This document shows positions 51,145-63,247 of a stretch of 64,000 nucleotides of DNA, in pieces. Source of the DNA: Isurus oxyrinchus (lineage: Eukaryota); the NCBI GenBank assembly GCA_026770705.1, contig JANJGN010000020.1:21328001-21392000 (forward strand), in the 5' to 3' direction. The position numbers and the translations under genes are program-made. The notes beneath the pieces are model-generated. The model was not told the DNA's origin. It worked only from the letters and a program-made list of their open reading frames with translations, and made no database searches. How positions within the stretch are numbered: position 1 is the stretch's first letter; each line of letters starts with the position of its first letter.

Positions 51145-54100
51145 TCCTTTCTGCAGATGCTACCAAACCTGCTGAGTTTTTCCAGATATTTTTGTTTTGT
51201 CTTTGGATTTCCAGCTTCTGCAGTTTTTTGCTTTTATCTTAGTGTTTAATTGACTGCCACTTCTCATCAAGAAATGCCAACCTTGAAGAAGTATTGCTCT
51301 TCTCTCCGTCAGGATTTCCATTTCTTTCTTTTGTCTTGTTTACCTTCATTGCTTTCCATTTCTCTCCTGGTGTTTGACAAGGACCCGCTTTCACAGCTAT
51401 ATTTCCTTCCTCAGTGACTGTCTCCGTCTCCGACTTACCCCACGTGGATTTCAACTGCAGTTCCATCCCTCATGTTTCGAATCCACCCAAGATTACAGGT
51501 ATCTCTGGGACACTGGGACATACAACGCTCCTCGGACTGCTGTTCTCGTCGCATGCTGAAATCCACACTCAGTGCCATGCGCCGCCACATGAACACAGTC
51601 GACCTCTCCCTCCAGCAGCACCACCGCACCCTCTTTCGAAACTGTGCATGCCCCCAGTTTCATTTTATTCTTCGCCTCATCCGACGCCTCAATAAGAAAC
51701 TTTGTCTCTTTCTTTCAGATGCATAGGAACCCAAGCTCCAACAACCCATCGACACCAACACCCATCTAGGACCGTCCACCCCTGCCTGTCTCTCTGTCCC
51801 CATCCCGTCTTCCAATCCCAGCCCCGGCCGTGTATTCACCATACCCTATGACCTTCCCCTCTCCGACACTGAACTTTCAGTGCTCAGCAAAGGATTTAAT
51901 TTCATACCCCTTTACGCCCTCATTTCAATGAATTTTGGGCTCGGCATGATGCCGAACTCTTCTTCTGTCGCCTTCGTCTCCGTGCTCACTTCTTTATGAA
52001 GGAGTCCTCTCCCCGTTCAATGGATCCTTTTACCCACCTCCAATATTCTCCCTCCACCTGGACCCCACCCTCTGGATTCTTACCTTCTCTTGATCTTTTC
52101 ATTGAGAACTGTCGGCGTGACATTAGTCATCTCAATTTCTCTGCTCCTCTCACCCACTCTAACCTGTCTCTCTCTGAACTTGCTGCACTCGTTCACTCAG
52201 GTTCAACCCTCACGTTGTCATCAAACTCGCTGACAAGGGTGTGCTGTTGTTGTCTGGCGCACTGACCTCTACCTCGCAGAGGCTGAGCGTCAACTCGCAG
52301 ACACTTCCTCCTACCTCTCCCTGGACCATGACCCCACCACTGAACATCAAGCCATTGTTTCCAGGACTGTCACTGACCTCATCTCCTCTGGGGATCTTCC
52401 TCCCACAGCTTCCAACCTGATAGTGTCCCAACCTCAGACAGCCCGCTTCTACCTCCTACCGAAAATCCACAAACAGGACTGTCCCGGCAGACCAATCATG
52501 TCAGCCTGTTCCTGCCCCACAAAACTCATTTCTTGCTATCTTGACTCCATTCTCTCTCCCCTTGTCCAGTCCCTTCCCACCTACATCCGTGATTCCTCTG
52601 ACACCCTACATCATATCAACAATTTCCAGTTCCCTGGCCCCAACCGCCTCCTCTTCACCATGGATGTCCAATCCCTCTACACCTCCATCCCCCACTGGGG
52701 TGGTCTGATGGCTTTCCACTTCTTCCTCGAACAGAGGCCCGAACAATCCCCATCCACCCCTACTCTCCTCCGTCTGGCTGAACTTGTTCTCACACTGAAC
52801 AATTTCTCCTTAAACTCCTCTCACTTCCTCCAAATAAAAGGTGTGGCTATGGGTAACCGCATGGGCCCCAGCTGCACCTGTCTCTTTATGGGGTATGTGG
52901 AACATTCCTTGGTCCAGTCCTACTCCAGCCCCTTCCCACAAGTCTTTCTCTGGTTTTTGGTGATTACTTCATTGCTGCCTCATGCTCTCGTCTGGACCTG
53001 GAAAAATTTATTAATTTTGCTTCCAATTTCCACCCCTTCATCATTTTCACATGGTCCATCTCTGACACATCCCTTCCCTTCCTTGACCTCTCTGTCTCAA
53101 TTTCTGGTGATAGACTGTCCACCAATATCCATTACAAGCCTACCCACTCTCGACGATAGCTCCTCACAACCGCTTCCTGTAAGGACTCCATCCCATTCTC
53201 TCAGTTCCTTCGCCTCCATTGCATCTGTTCTGATGATGCCACTTTCAAAAACAGTTCCTCTGACATGTCTTCCTTCTTCCTTAACCGAGGTTTTCCACCC
53301 ACAGTGGTTGACAGGGCCCTCAACCATGTCCGGCCCATCTCCTGCGCATCCGCCCTCACACCTTCCTCTCCCTCCCTGAAACATGATAGGGTCCCCCTTG
53401 TCCTCACTTATCACCCCACCAGCCTCCACATTCAAAAGGTCATCCTCCGCCATTTCCGCCAACTCCAGCATGATGCCACCACCAAACACATCTTCCCTTC
53501 ACCCCACCCCGGCGGCATTCCGCAGGGATCGTTCCCTCCGGGACACCCTGGTCCAATCCTCCATCACCCCCTATGCCTCAACCCCCTCCCTCGGCACCTT
53601 CCCATGCAACCGCAGAAGGTGTAACCCCTGCCCCTTTACTTACCCTCTCCTCACCGGCCAAGGGCCCAAACACTCCTTTCAAGTGAAGCAGCATTTCACT
53701 TGCACTTCCCTCAATTTAGTCTACTGCATTCGTTGCTCCCAGTTTCCTCTACATTGGAGAGACCAAACGCAGACTGGGTAACCGCTTTGCAGAACACCTT
53801 TGGTCTGTCCGCAAGCATCACCCAGACCTCCCTGTCGCTTGCCATTTTAACACTCCACCCTGCTCTCATGCCCACATGTCTGTCCTTGGCCTGCTGGATT
53901 GTTCCAGTGAAGCTCAACGCAAACTGGAGGAACAGAACCTCATCTTCCGATTAGGCACTTTACAGCCTTCCGGTCTGAATATTGAATTCAACAATTTTAG
54001 ATCATGAACTCTCTCCTCCATCCCCACCCCCTTTCCGATCCCCCCACCTTTCTTTACCAAAAATTTATATAGATTTTTCTTTTCCCACCTATTTCCATTA

Positions 54101-54527
54101 TTTTTAAATGTATTTCCATCCATTGTTTTATCTCTTTTAGCCTTTTTCGATTCCTTCACCCCACCCCACCCCCACTAGGGCTATCTGTGCCTTGCTTGTC
54201 CTGCTTTCTACCCTTAATTTAGCACATTCCTTAGATAATATCACCACCTTCAACACCTCTTTGTCCTTTTGTCTGTGACATCTTTTGGTTATCTCCACCT
54301 ATCACTGGCCCTTTATCCAGCTCTACCTGTCCCACCACCCTCCCCACCCAAACCAGCTTATACTTCACCTCTCTTCTATTTTACTTAGTTCTGTTGAAGG
54401 GTCATTCGGACTCGAAACGTTAACTGTGTTCCTCTCTGCAGATGCGGCCAGACCTGCTGAGATTTTTTTCCATGTATTTTTGTTTTTGTTTTGGATTTCC
54501 AGCATCCACAGTTTTTTTGCTTTTATC
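51145..54527 (+). mobile_element. near full-length Penelope-like retroelement (RT + GIY-YIG endonuclease), degenerate; probably Neptune-type
   Basis: RT motifs FYLLPKIHK..PGRPI, MDVQSLYTSIP, QIKGVAMG..MGPS. Cys linker CNRRRCNPC and GIY-YIG region LVYCIRC...YIGET. Direct terminal repeats at 51145-51238 and 54430-54527; flanks tagaacatgtta / tggaacatgtaa. Confidence 0.93.
54386..54426 (+). ncRNA. minimal type I hammerhead ribozyme-like motif (variant core) in the Penelope terminal repeat
   Basis: agtt-CTGTTGA-a-GGGTC-attcg-GACTC-GAAA-cgtt-aact: stem I agtt/aact, stem II gggtc/gactc, palindromic ACGT in place of stem III. Confidence 0.6.
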
Positions 54528-54721
54528 ATGGAACATGTAAGCTGTTGTGCACCTTTAACAGTGACACAAGCAGTTAGTTACACTTTTACTCTCTAGCCAC
54601 AAAGCTGTTGAGTGAGCAAATGCACATGCCCACACATTTGTGCTCAAACACAACTGCAGGCCTCTGTTCATCAGCTTCCAACTGTTGACAGGATAGTTAG
54701 ATGCCCCCCAATATCAGAGAT

Positions 54722-55712
54722 TAAGAACATAAGAACATAAGAAGTAGGAGCAGGAATAGGCAATTCAGCCCCTTGAGCCTGCCCTGCCATTCAATATGAT
54801 CATGGCTGATCTCATTTCGGCCTCAACTCCAATTTCTCGCCCACTCCCCATAACCTTTCAACCCGTTACTATCTCTTCCTTAAATTTTTATAGTGAATTC
54901 CACAGATTCACGACCCTTTTAGCAAAGTAATTCCTCCTCATCTCTGATTTAAATCTATGGCCTCTCATTCTAGAATGCCCCACAAGGGGAAACATCCACT
55001 CCACGTCTACTTTGTCTATCCCCTTTAGCATCTTATATACCTCAATTAGATCTCCTCTTACCCTTATAAACTCTAGCAAGTATCGGCCTAAACTGCTCAA
55101 TCTCTCCTCATAAGACAAGCCCTGCATCTCTGGAATCAATCTAGTGAACCTCCTCTGAACCGCCTCCGGTGCAACATCCTTTCTCATGTAAGGGGACCAA
55201 AGCTGTGCACAGTACTCCAGGTGCTGTCTCACCAATGCCTTGTACAGTTGCAACAACTCTTCCCTATTTTTATACTCTATTCCTTTAGCAATAAATACCA
55301 AAATTCCATCTGCCTTCCTTATTACCTGCTGTACCTGCATACTTGCTTTCAGTAATTCATGCACAAGGACACCCAGATCCCTCTGCACCGAAGCATTCTG
55401 AAGTTTCTCTCCATTTAAATATTACATCACCTTTTTATTCTTCCGACCAAAATGGATAATCTCACACTTATCCACATTAAACTCCATCTGCCAAATTTTG
55501 GCCCATTCACCTAACCTGTCCATATCCATTTGTAAATTTCTTATTTCTTCATTGCAACTTACTTTCCCACCTATTTTGGTGTCACCTGCAAATTTAGCTA
55601 CAGTACCTTCTATCCCTGAATCCAAGTCATTAACATAGATTGTAAATAGTTGGGGCCCAAGGACCGAAACCTGTGGCACCCCACTAGTTACAGCTTGCCA
55701 TCCAGAAAAAGG
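54722..55712 (-). mobile_element. CR1 LINE RT end to 3' tail
   Basis: PQVSVLGPQLFTIYVNDLD..KFAGDTK; QRDLGV..HLEYCAQLWSP; (ttcttatg)n tail. Confidence 0.92.
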
Positions 55713-56164
55713 TCCCTTTAGATTGTATATCTATTTCGTGGATGAACAGATGCTCCTTCACAATGAAACTTTAAATTTATACAGTTGGTTTAGCAGCAAC
55801 AGTGCAATAAGAACACCTTTTCTGGGCTCATGACTGATGCACAGATTCATGAGCTGAATTTTTTGCACCATGTGTGCAATTTGGGAATAACAAGGCGTTT
55901 ATAAACGTCTCCTCAAATCAATGTAAATCATTACCAAATTCATTGATACACTTCTCAGCGTTACATTATCATTACAGTCAGTGTAATAAATGCAACCCAT
56001 GATAGATGTAAAGCCCTACTAGTGTCATGCTGAATATCTGTACAACTATTAAAAATATTATCTAGGCTATGTACTCCCTGTCCACAATGCTTTGTTCTTG
56101 TTGACATGTCTTTCAGTCACATTTTCCTGTCAACAATTAACATTGCAAATTGCAATACCAACAA

Positions 56165-57002
56165 AGTCCATGTCCAAATGCAGCAAGACCTGGGCAATTT
56201 TCAGGTTTGGGCTGACAGTGGCAAGTAACATTCTCGCCACACAAGTGCCAAGCAATGATCATCTCCAATAAGAGAGAATCTAGCTATCATCCCTTGATAT
56301 TCAATGACATTACCATCGCTGAATCCCCCACGATCAACTTCCTGGGGGTTATCATTGACCAGAAACTGAACTGGACTAGCCATATAAAGACTATGGCTAC
56401 AAGAGCAGGTCAGAGGCCAGGAATCGTGCAGAGAGCAGCTCACCTCCTGATTCCCCAAAGTGTGTCCACCATCTACAAGGCACAACTCAAGAGTATGATG
56501 GAATATTCTCCACTCGCCTGGATGGGTGCAGCTCCAACAACACTCAAGAAGCCTGACCGCATCCAGGGCAAAGCAGCCCACTTGATTGGCACCACATCCA
56601 CAAATATTCACTCCCTCCACCTCGGACACACAGTGGCAGCAGTGTGTATCATCTACAAGATGCACTGCAGGGATTCACCAAGGCTCCTTCGACAGCATCT
56701 TCCAAACTCATGATCACTGCCATCTAAAAGGACAAGGACAGCAGATAGATGGGAACACACCAGCTGTAGGTTCCCCTCCAAGCCACTCACCATTCTGACT
56801 TGAAAATATATCGCTGTTCCTTCACTGTTGCTGGGTCAAAATCCTGGAATTCCCTCCCTAACAGCACTGTGAGTGTACCTACACCACATGGACTGTAGCA
56901 GTTCAAGAAGGCAGCTCACCACCACTTTCTCAAGGGCAATTAGGGATGGGCAATAAATGCTGGTCTAGCCAGCAATACCCACAGCCCATGAATGAATAAA
57001 AA
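56165..57002 (+). mobile_element. LINE 3' kilobase (second family)
   Basis: FLGVIIDQKLNWTSHI..IYKAQLKSMMEYSPLAW; tail gggcaattagggatgggcaataaatgctgg...atgaatgaataaa. Confidence 0.88.
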
Positions 57003-57299
57003 CTCCCATTTGATTTTGTTGTGCCGACAGCCACAATGTAGTCACAGGCTACCCACCAATATGATAGAGAACCAAATGAGCCAGTGTAAATCCTATGGAT
57101 GCAAGACACTCCTGCTTAATCACACACAATAAAATAACTGCTTTAATTGCAACTGTGAAAAATAATCATTGGGGAATATGCCACCCCTTGGATAATTGGT
57201 CTCTTTTTTGTAGAATCTTGATCCCAATTCTGTTGCCACTTGTACATAAAAAGTTATCTTCATCAACCAATTGAATGAATGAACTATCATTTAAATAGT

Positions 57300-58115
57300 G
57301 TTTTTCACAACCTCAGGATTTCCCAAAATACTTTATAGCCAATGAAATACTTTTGAAGTGGGCACAATTCAGGAGCGTAATGGAAAACTCTCCCCTTGCC
57401 TGGATGAGTGCAGCTCCAGCAACATTCAAGAAGCTTGACACCATCCAGGACAAAGCAGCCCGCTTGATCAGCACCCCATCCACCACCTGAAACATTCACT
57501 CCTTCCACCATTGATGCACAATGGCAGCAATGTGTCCCATCTACAAGATGCGCTGCAGCAAAATGCCAAGCCTCCTTCAATAGCACCTTCCAAATCTGCA
57601 ATCTCCACCACCTAGAAGGACAAGGGCAGCAGGTGCCTGGTAACACCACCACCTGCAAGTTCCCTTCCAAGCCAGACGCCATCCTAACCTGGAACGATAT
57701 TGCTGTTACTTCGCTGTTGCTGGGTCAAAAACTTGTAATTCACTTCCTAACAGCACTGTGGGTGGATCTGCACCACATGGACTGCAGCAGTTTAACCAAC
57801 ACTTTCTCAAGGGTTGTTAGGGATGGGCGACAAATGCTGGCCTTGCCAGTGATGCTCACATCCCATTAAATAATTTTTTAAAAATTGCGGTCAATGTAGT
57901 GTAGAAACTAACGTCACCAATTTGTGCACAGTAATCTTCCACAAACTGCAATATGAAAATGACCAGGTAATCTGTTTTTAGTGATGTTGGCGAAAAGATA
58001 AATATTGGCAGGGACACAGGGGCAAAAGCCCCTGCACTTCTCTGAAATATTACCGTGGGATCTTTTATATCCACCTGAGAAGGCAGATGGAGAATCTGTT
58101 TAAATGTCTCACCCA
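57300..58115 (-). mobile_element. Deu-like SINE split by a + strand LINE 3' fragment (about 57362-57875)
   Basis: SINE tail at 57300-57360 and core at 57890-58115 flank a copy homologous to 56490-57000. Confidence 0.75.
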
Positions 58116-58544
58116 AAAGGGAAAAGATTGTCAGCAACAGCACCAGCAATTTACAATATATAATATTATACAGGCGTTACACTGCATACTTAGCATTGTC
58201 AGGGCAGAAGACTGACTTGTAAAGATACAAAAGGGGTGATTTTCTGACTTGGAACTGCCAGGAGGGAGCCTTACTTATCAGTTAAACATGTCCAGAAATG
58301 TACCTTTATATATGGAAAATATTAGGAGTTGAGAAAAGAGATAAATCTGAAACATAAAATACTTAATGTTGCAATCCAAACAACGGCGAGGCTAATGTTG
58401 CTGGTTTTTTAATGCGCAAATGGTACAGAAACTCAGGTGAGGGGCAAACGTGCGGTTAAATGTGAATAGACAAGAGCTGATGTCCGAGTTGTGTGCTCTG
58501 CTGTCAGGTTTGTGAAAACAGCATTTCACTCTCTTTCTGAGTCC

Positions 58545-59240
58545 TCGATCTCACCCCCATAATACGTGGGATGGGTGGAGGGGGCGGTGGGGGGGGGGGA
58601 GGGGTGGGGGTGGTTATGGGCGGGGAATGGGTGCCAATAATCAAAAGCCCACTTATCATATTCAAATAAGTTATCAAGGATCAATTAGGTTTGTAATCAA
58701 GCCAATTGACCCTGATAATATGCTTGCTGCCCACTCAATATATAGTGTGGGCAGTAGGGCGGGATCCGGCAGCCTGATTTTTAAAAGGAGCTCTTCAACG
58801 AGCGAGAAGGAAAGGGGTTGTTCACTCATCAGGGACTGCCCTTTGCCGATGGCCTGATGACCCCCGCTAAAATAGAATCCCCCACCACTTCCTTCCAACC
58901 TGCCCGCAGCCTTAAACCCACCCCCTCCCGCCTTGCCCACCTCCCTGACCTACCCAAACCCTCGCTATCCAAGAACCTGGACTTACCTGCTCCGCCCGAT
59001 CCATAGGCCTTCTTCCTTTCTCCCCGGCAGTCCCGGCAGCGGCCACTGATGCGCTCTTGGATTGGTTGGCAGCTCCAGAGGGCGGGACTTCCTCTGCAGT
59101 GAGAGGCGGAAGTCTCATTTGGCCCTCGTTTAGCCTCCCCGCAGTGCTTTGTGGCTGCGGAGCAGGTCAGCCTGGAGCAGGTTGTCTCCCACACCGACTT
59201 TGCCTCAAGGTGGGTGAGCTGTCGGGCCCAATCTAACAAA
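58545..59240. mobile_element. Harbinger-type MITE
   Basis: GC-rich body with gattggttggcagctcc..gcgggacttcc motif shared with 12860-12900. Confidence 0.6.
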
Positions 59241-60209
59241 AATCGGATTATCTGGCCATTGTCACTTTGCCATTTATGAGTGTTTACTAGGCATAAATAG
59301 CCGGTCATGATCCCCACGTTATAACACTGACTTCACTTCCAAAGTACTTCCTTGTCTGCACAGCTGTTTTAGAGGTCTGTTGCTATATTAATGGAAATAT
59401 TTTTTACATTCTTGTCATGGGACCTGCCTGCAAATTAATTTCGATATAAGATAAATATTTCTCTCTTTGTGTCATATAGTTATGATTCATCTCATGAACA
59501 TAAAAATGGATAAATAAGAAGATGTGCATCATTCTTTATTCTATATTCCTCTCTGGAATATGAAGGCCATTGTTTTTGGATAAACCACCTTAATTACAGA
59601 ACGTGATATATTGCTCAGCTAGGGACATCTGGGGCAAACAGTTGTTTACATCGGAAGTACACTAATAAAGATAAATCCGTTGTTGCTACTGTTGCTATCT
59701 TGTTTCTCATGAATGTCAACAATAGCCCCATGTGATATTACAGCATTCGCAAACAACGAAAGCCAAACACATAAAATATCACAATCCTGCTCCATTTAAA
59801 ACTTTGCAGCTCACAAAGATCCAAAAGAGCCATGTACAAATGATCAAGAATCACTTAAATATATTTTTAGAGCAAACCAGCTCTTGCTGAACAGCAGTAG
59901 TACACAAAACAATGCCTGATGCTGAAACTAGCTCCCTGAGAAAGCTTTCTTTTGCCCATTACTTGGAATTAAATTATTAATACATTTGTAGAAATTTTTC
60001 CACATGAGTTTGCCCACTCATTTTTCCAAGGTATCCAAGACGGTCCTTCTGTGGAAATTATAATAAGTGATTGGGAGAATTTCCACAGAAGTGCAGCTTT
60101 TAGTCACCCACAGGTCACTATCTGCCTCCTTCGAGTTTAGCTAGCATTTTCAAAATGAGAAGCCTCTTTCTTACATTGTTTTACCTTTAATCCAGTTTCC
60201 CCATGTTCT

Positions 60210-60811
60210 GCTTCAGAGAGCTGCCGGTCAACCTGATTGAGCAGTAGCTCTGTGGTCCTAGCAGCGCCTGTAGCAGAAGTGCCCAGGACTGGCGCTACAA
60301 ACAGTCCCCAGAATTCAAAGTTCCAGGGCCTAGGACCAGGTAAGTGCAGGTGGTCCAATAGCAGAGTGGGGGGGGTGAGGCCCGAGGGGAGATGAAGAGA
60401 CAGGATTCGAGGTCTTGATGGAGAGGCTGGGGATGAGGGAGCAGCCACCAGGGGAAAGCTTGTGGGGTGGAGCCTGATGTGAAAGAGCCATTGAGGGATC
60501 CTCCGCACACCCCAACCCCCCTGAATGCCAGACTTCCCCATCCCTGAACTCTTCCCGCCAGCCTCAATTTTGAGGCCAGGGGATACATGGCCCTTAAGTG
60601 GTCATTAATTGCAAACTTAAAGGCCTTAGTTGGGGCAAGAGCGGGTGGGCCAGTCTATGCTTCAATCATGCCCTGTAAAGTTACGGATGGGTTGGTGTGG
60701 GTGGGAAGGCAGTGGGAAGGTCATCCGAGGAATTTTACAGCCCCCTCCCCCCCACCCCCCACGCCCTCCAACTGTAAACCCACTGGTAGGGGGGTCTATA
60801 AAATTCTGCCC
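60210..60811. mobile_element. Harbinger-type MITE (right TIR intact)
   Basis: Ends taaaattctgccc; carries the cccttaagtggtcattaattg motif. Confidence 0.65.
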
Positions 60812-61893
60812 CATATTTCTGCTGCTATTTTTTCCAAAACACAAACTGTAATTGGGTTTCCAGATGAAATAATGCAGTATAGAAGAACATCTAGCTAAAG
60901 ATCATTAGACCCAAAAAAAAGATCAGACTTCACAAATGGTTCCCATCACACTCTCAACCTTTTGCCTTTCTAGAAATGCATCCAATTTGTCCCCTGGACC
61001 CATTTATACCTGTGCTTCAATGTCCTTCCTTGCTAGCTTATTCCTTAACTCCTCTAGTCTTTGATTAGACAGCTCTTAAGCCAAAGAAAAGAATTCAAGC
61101 TAAGACTAGAGGTACACTGCAGGAAATGTGGTCAGAATAAGGAGAAGGGTAAGTTGTTCTAGCGTTTGTAAGAACAAAGAAGTTATTTTAATGGGAGACT
61201 AACATGACTTGGGGAAATTTCAAGCGTTTCAGTGTCAAGATTTGGTACATGTAGTGCATTCCAGTTCCTTGATCCAGTGAGTCAAGGAAACCATGAGAAA
61301 TAATCTTCTTCTTAATCTAGTATTAATTAAAGGCCCAGTAGTGGAAGTTGTAACAAAAGTACGGCATCATTATTATATGGTGACAACTTCACTTGAACCA
61401 TTTCAATGAACAAATTTTCGAAGCATGTACTGTTGACAAAACATTAGCAGGGGAATTGCTAAAGTGATGCAAATTACAAAATGACATCCACATGCAGAGT
61501 AAATACTTTACAATTATTGATGAATGTTAGGATTCTTTACAAATAATGGCCTACCTATTTGAAATTGAATTAGCATGAGAACCTCTTGTTGGAAAACGTA
61601 CTCTCAGCAGGTTAGAATTCTCTTTATCCAAAAAAAATGTCAACTTGCCAGCACATGAGCTTGAAGTAAAGAGTTTGGAATTATTACCAATATCTTTGGG
61701 GTCTCTCAGTCTATAGCTAAATGGATTATTAACTAAGACAGACCTTTTGAGGTAATTATGGTTTTATTTAGTGTGTAATGTACCTTTAAACATAATGCTT
61801 GTTAAGGACGATCACATGATCTTCAGTACCCAATAGGAGAGAAGCGCAGGCTACCTCAGTAGTCAGTAGTTAGTTGTTGGTTGTGTAGAGATA

Positions 61894-62565
61894 GGGCTGA
61901 ATTTTGCCATCGGCGAGCAGGGGGCGGGGACCGCTCGCCAACGCGAAAAATGATGCGGGATGATGTTGGGCGGAACTCACCCCATTTAAATCTTCAGGAA
62001 GGTGGGGGCACAGCAAAATCAGCTGCACGCCCGCCGACCTGTCAATGGCCAACTGAGGCCATTGACAGGATCATTAAAACAATTAAAGGACCTGCCCGTC
62101 CAACCTTAAGGTTGGTGGGCAGGCCGGGAGTCCTGATGGGGAATAGAAAATTCATGAAACCTCATCCACGGGATGAGGTTTCATGTAGGGATTTAAAAAG
62201 TTCAATGAAGTTTTAGTGAAATTTATGAACGTGTCCATCTCGTGTGACATTGTCACATGAGGGGGACATGTTAAGGATTTTTTTTTCTATTTTTACTGTT
62301 TTTACAACTGTCAGTGATCTCCCTGAGGCTGCACTTAGCCTCAGGGAGATGGAGATGTGCGCTCTTCCATGCGCACGCACGAAAGAGCAAACTCTCGCAT
62401 TTGGGGGATCCCGCACCCCCCCCCCCCCCCCCGCCTGCTCAGGAAGCGTATAGTGCTTCCCACCAGGAGTCACGCTGGGCAGGCCTTAATTGGCCCACCC
62501 ACTTAAAATGGCGGCGGGGCCTGCTTCTCCAGTGGGGATTGGCTCCCTGGCAGAAAATTCTGCTC
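61894..62565. mobile_element. Harbinger-type MITE, copy A of a tandem pair
   Basis: ata|gggctgaatttt ... aaaattctgctc|ata. Confidence 0.85.
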
Positions 62566-62568
62566 ATA

Positions 62569-63247
62569 GGCTTGAATTTTCCCGTTGGCAATTTGGGGGT
62601 GGGGCCCACTCGCCGATGGGAAAATGACGCGGGATGACATCGGGAGGAACCCCTGACATCATCCCGGTCCATTTAAATATTGAGTAAGGCAGACGGACAG
62701 CGAAATCAGCTGTCAGCCTGCCGACCTGTCAATGCACAATTAAAGCCATTGACAGGATAATTAAGGTAGTTAAAGGCCCTGCCCGTCCAACCTCAAGGCT
62801 GGCGGGCAGGCCAAGAGCCCCAGCGGGCAATAGAAAAAACATAAAACCTCATCCACTGGTGGGATGAGGTTTCATGTCTACTTTAATAATGTTTAATAAA
62901 TTTTATGTGATACTTATTAACATGTCCCATCTCATGTGACATTGTCACATGAGGGGGACATGTTAATAATTTTTTTATTTTTCTATTTTTTAAGTTTGTA
63001 AAACTTTCACCGACCTCCCTGAGACAGCACTTAGTCTCAGGGAGCAGAGCGTACTTTGATAGGTGGGGAATCCCTCCCCCGTCACAGGAAGTGCATAGTG
63101 CTTTCCATTGGGCAGGCCGCTGGGCGGGCCTTAATTGGCCCGCCTCCTCAAAATGGCGGCGGGGCCCGCTTCAGTGGTGGAGCTCGGCTGCCCGCTCACC
63201 GCCGAGCCAGTGGGACCCACCCACCAACCTAGTGCACAATTCTGCCC
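62569..63247. mobile_element. Harbinger-type MITE, copy B of a tandem pair
   Basis: ata|ggcttgaatttt ... acaattctgccc|ata; colinear with copy A. Confidence 0.85.

Noticed and set aside
52423-53379. 318-aa ORF as an intact reverse transcriptase gene
   Set aside because: Shifts out of frame near 52950 where the catalytic DD motif should be; the element is non-functional
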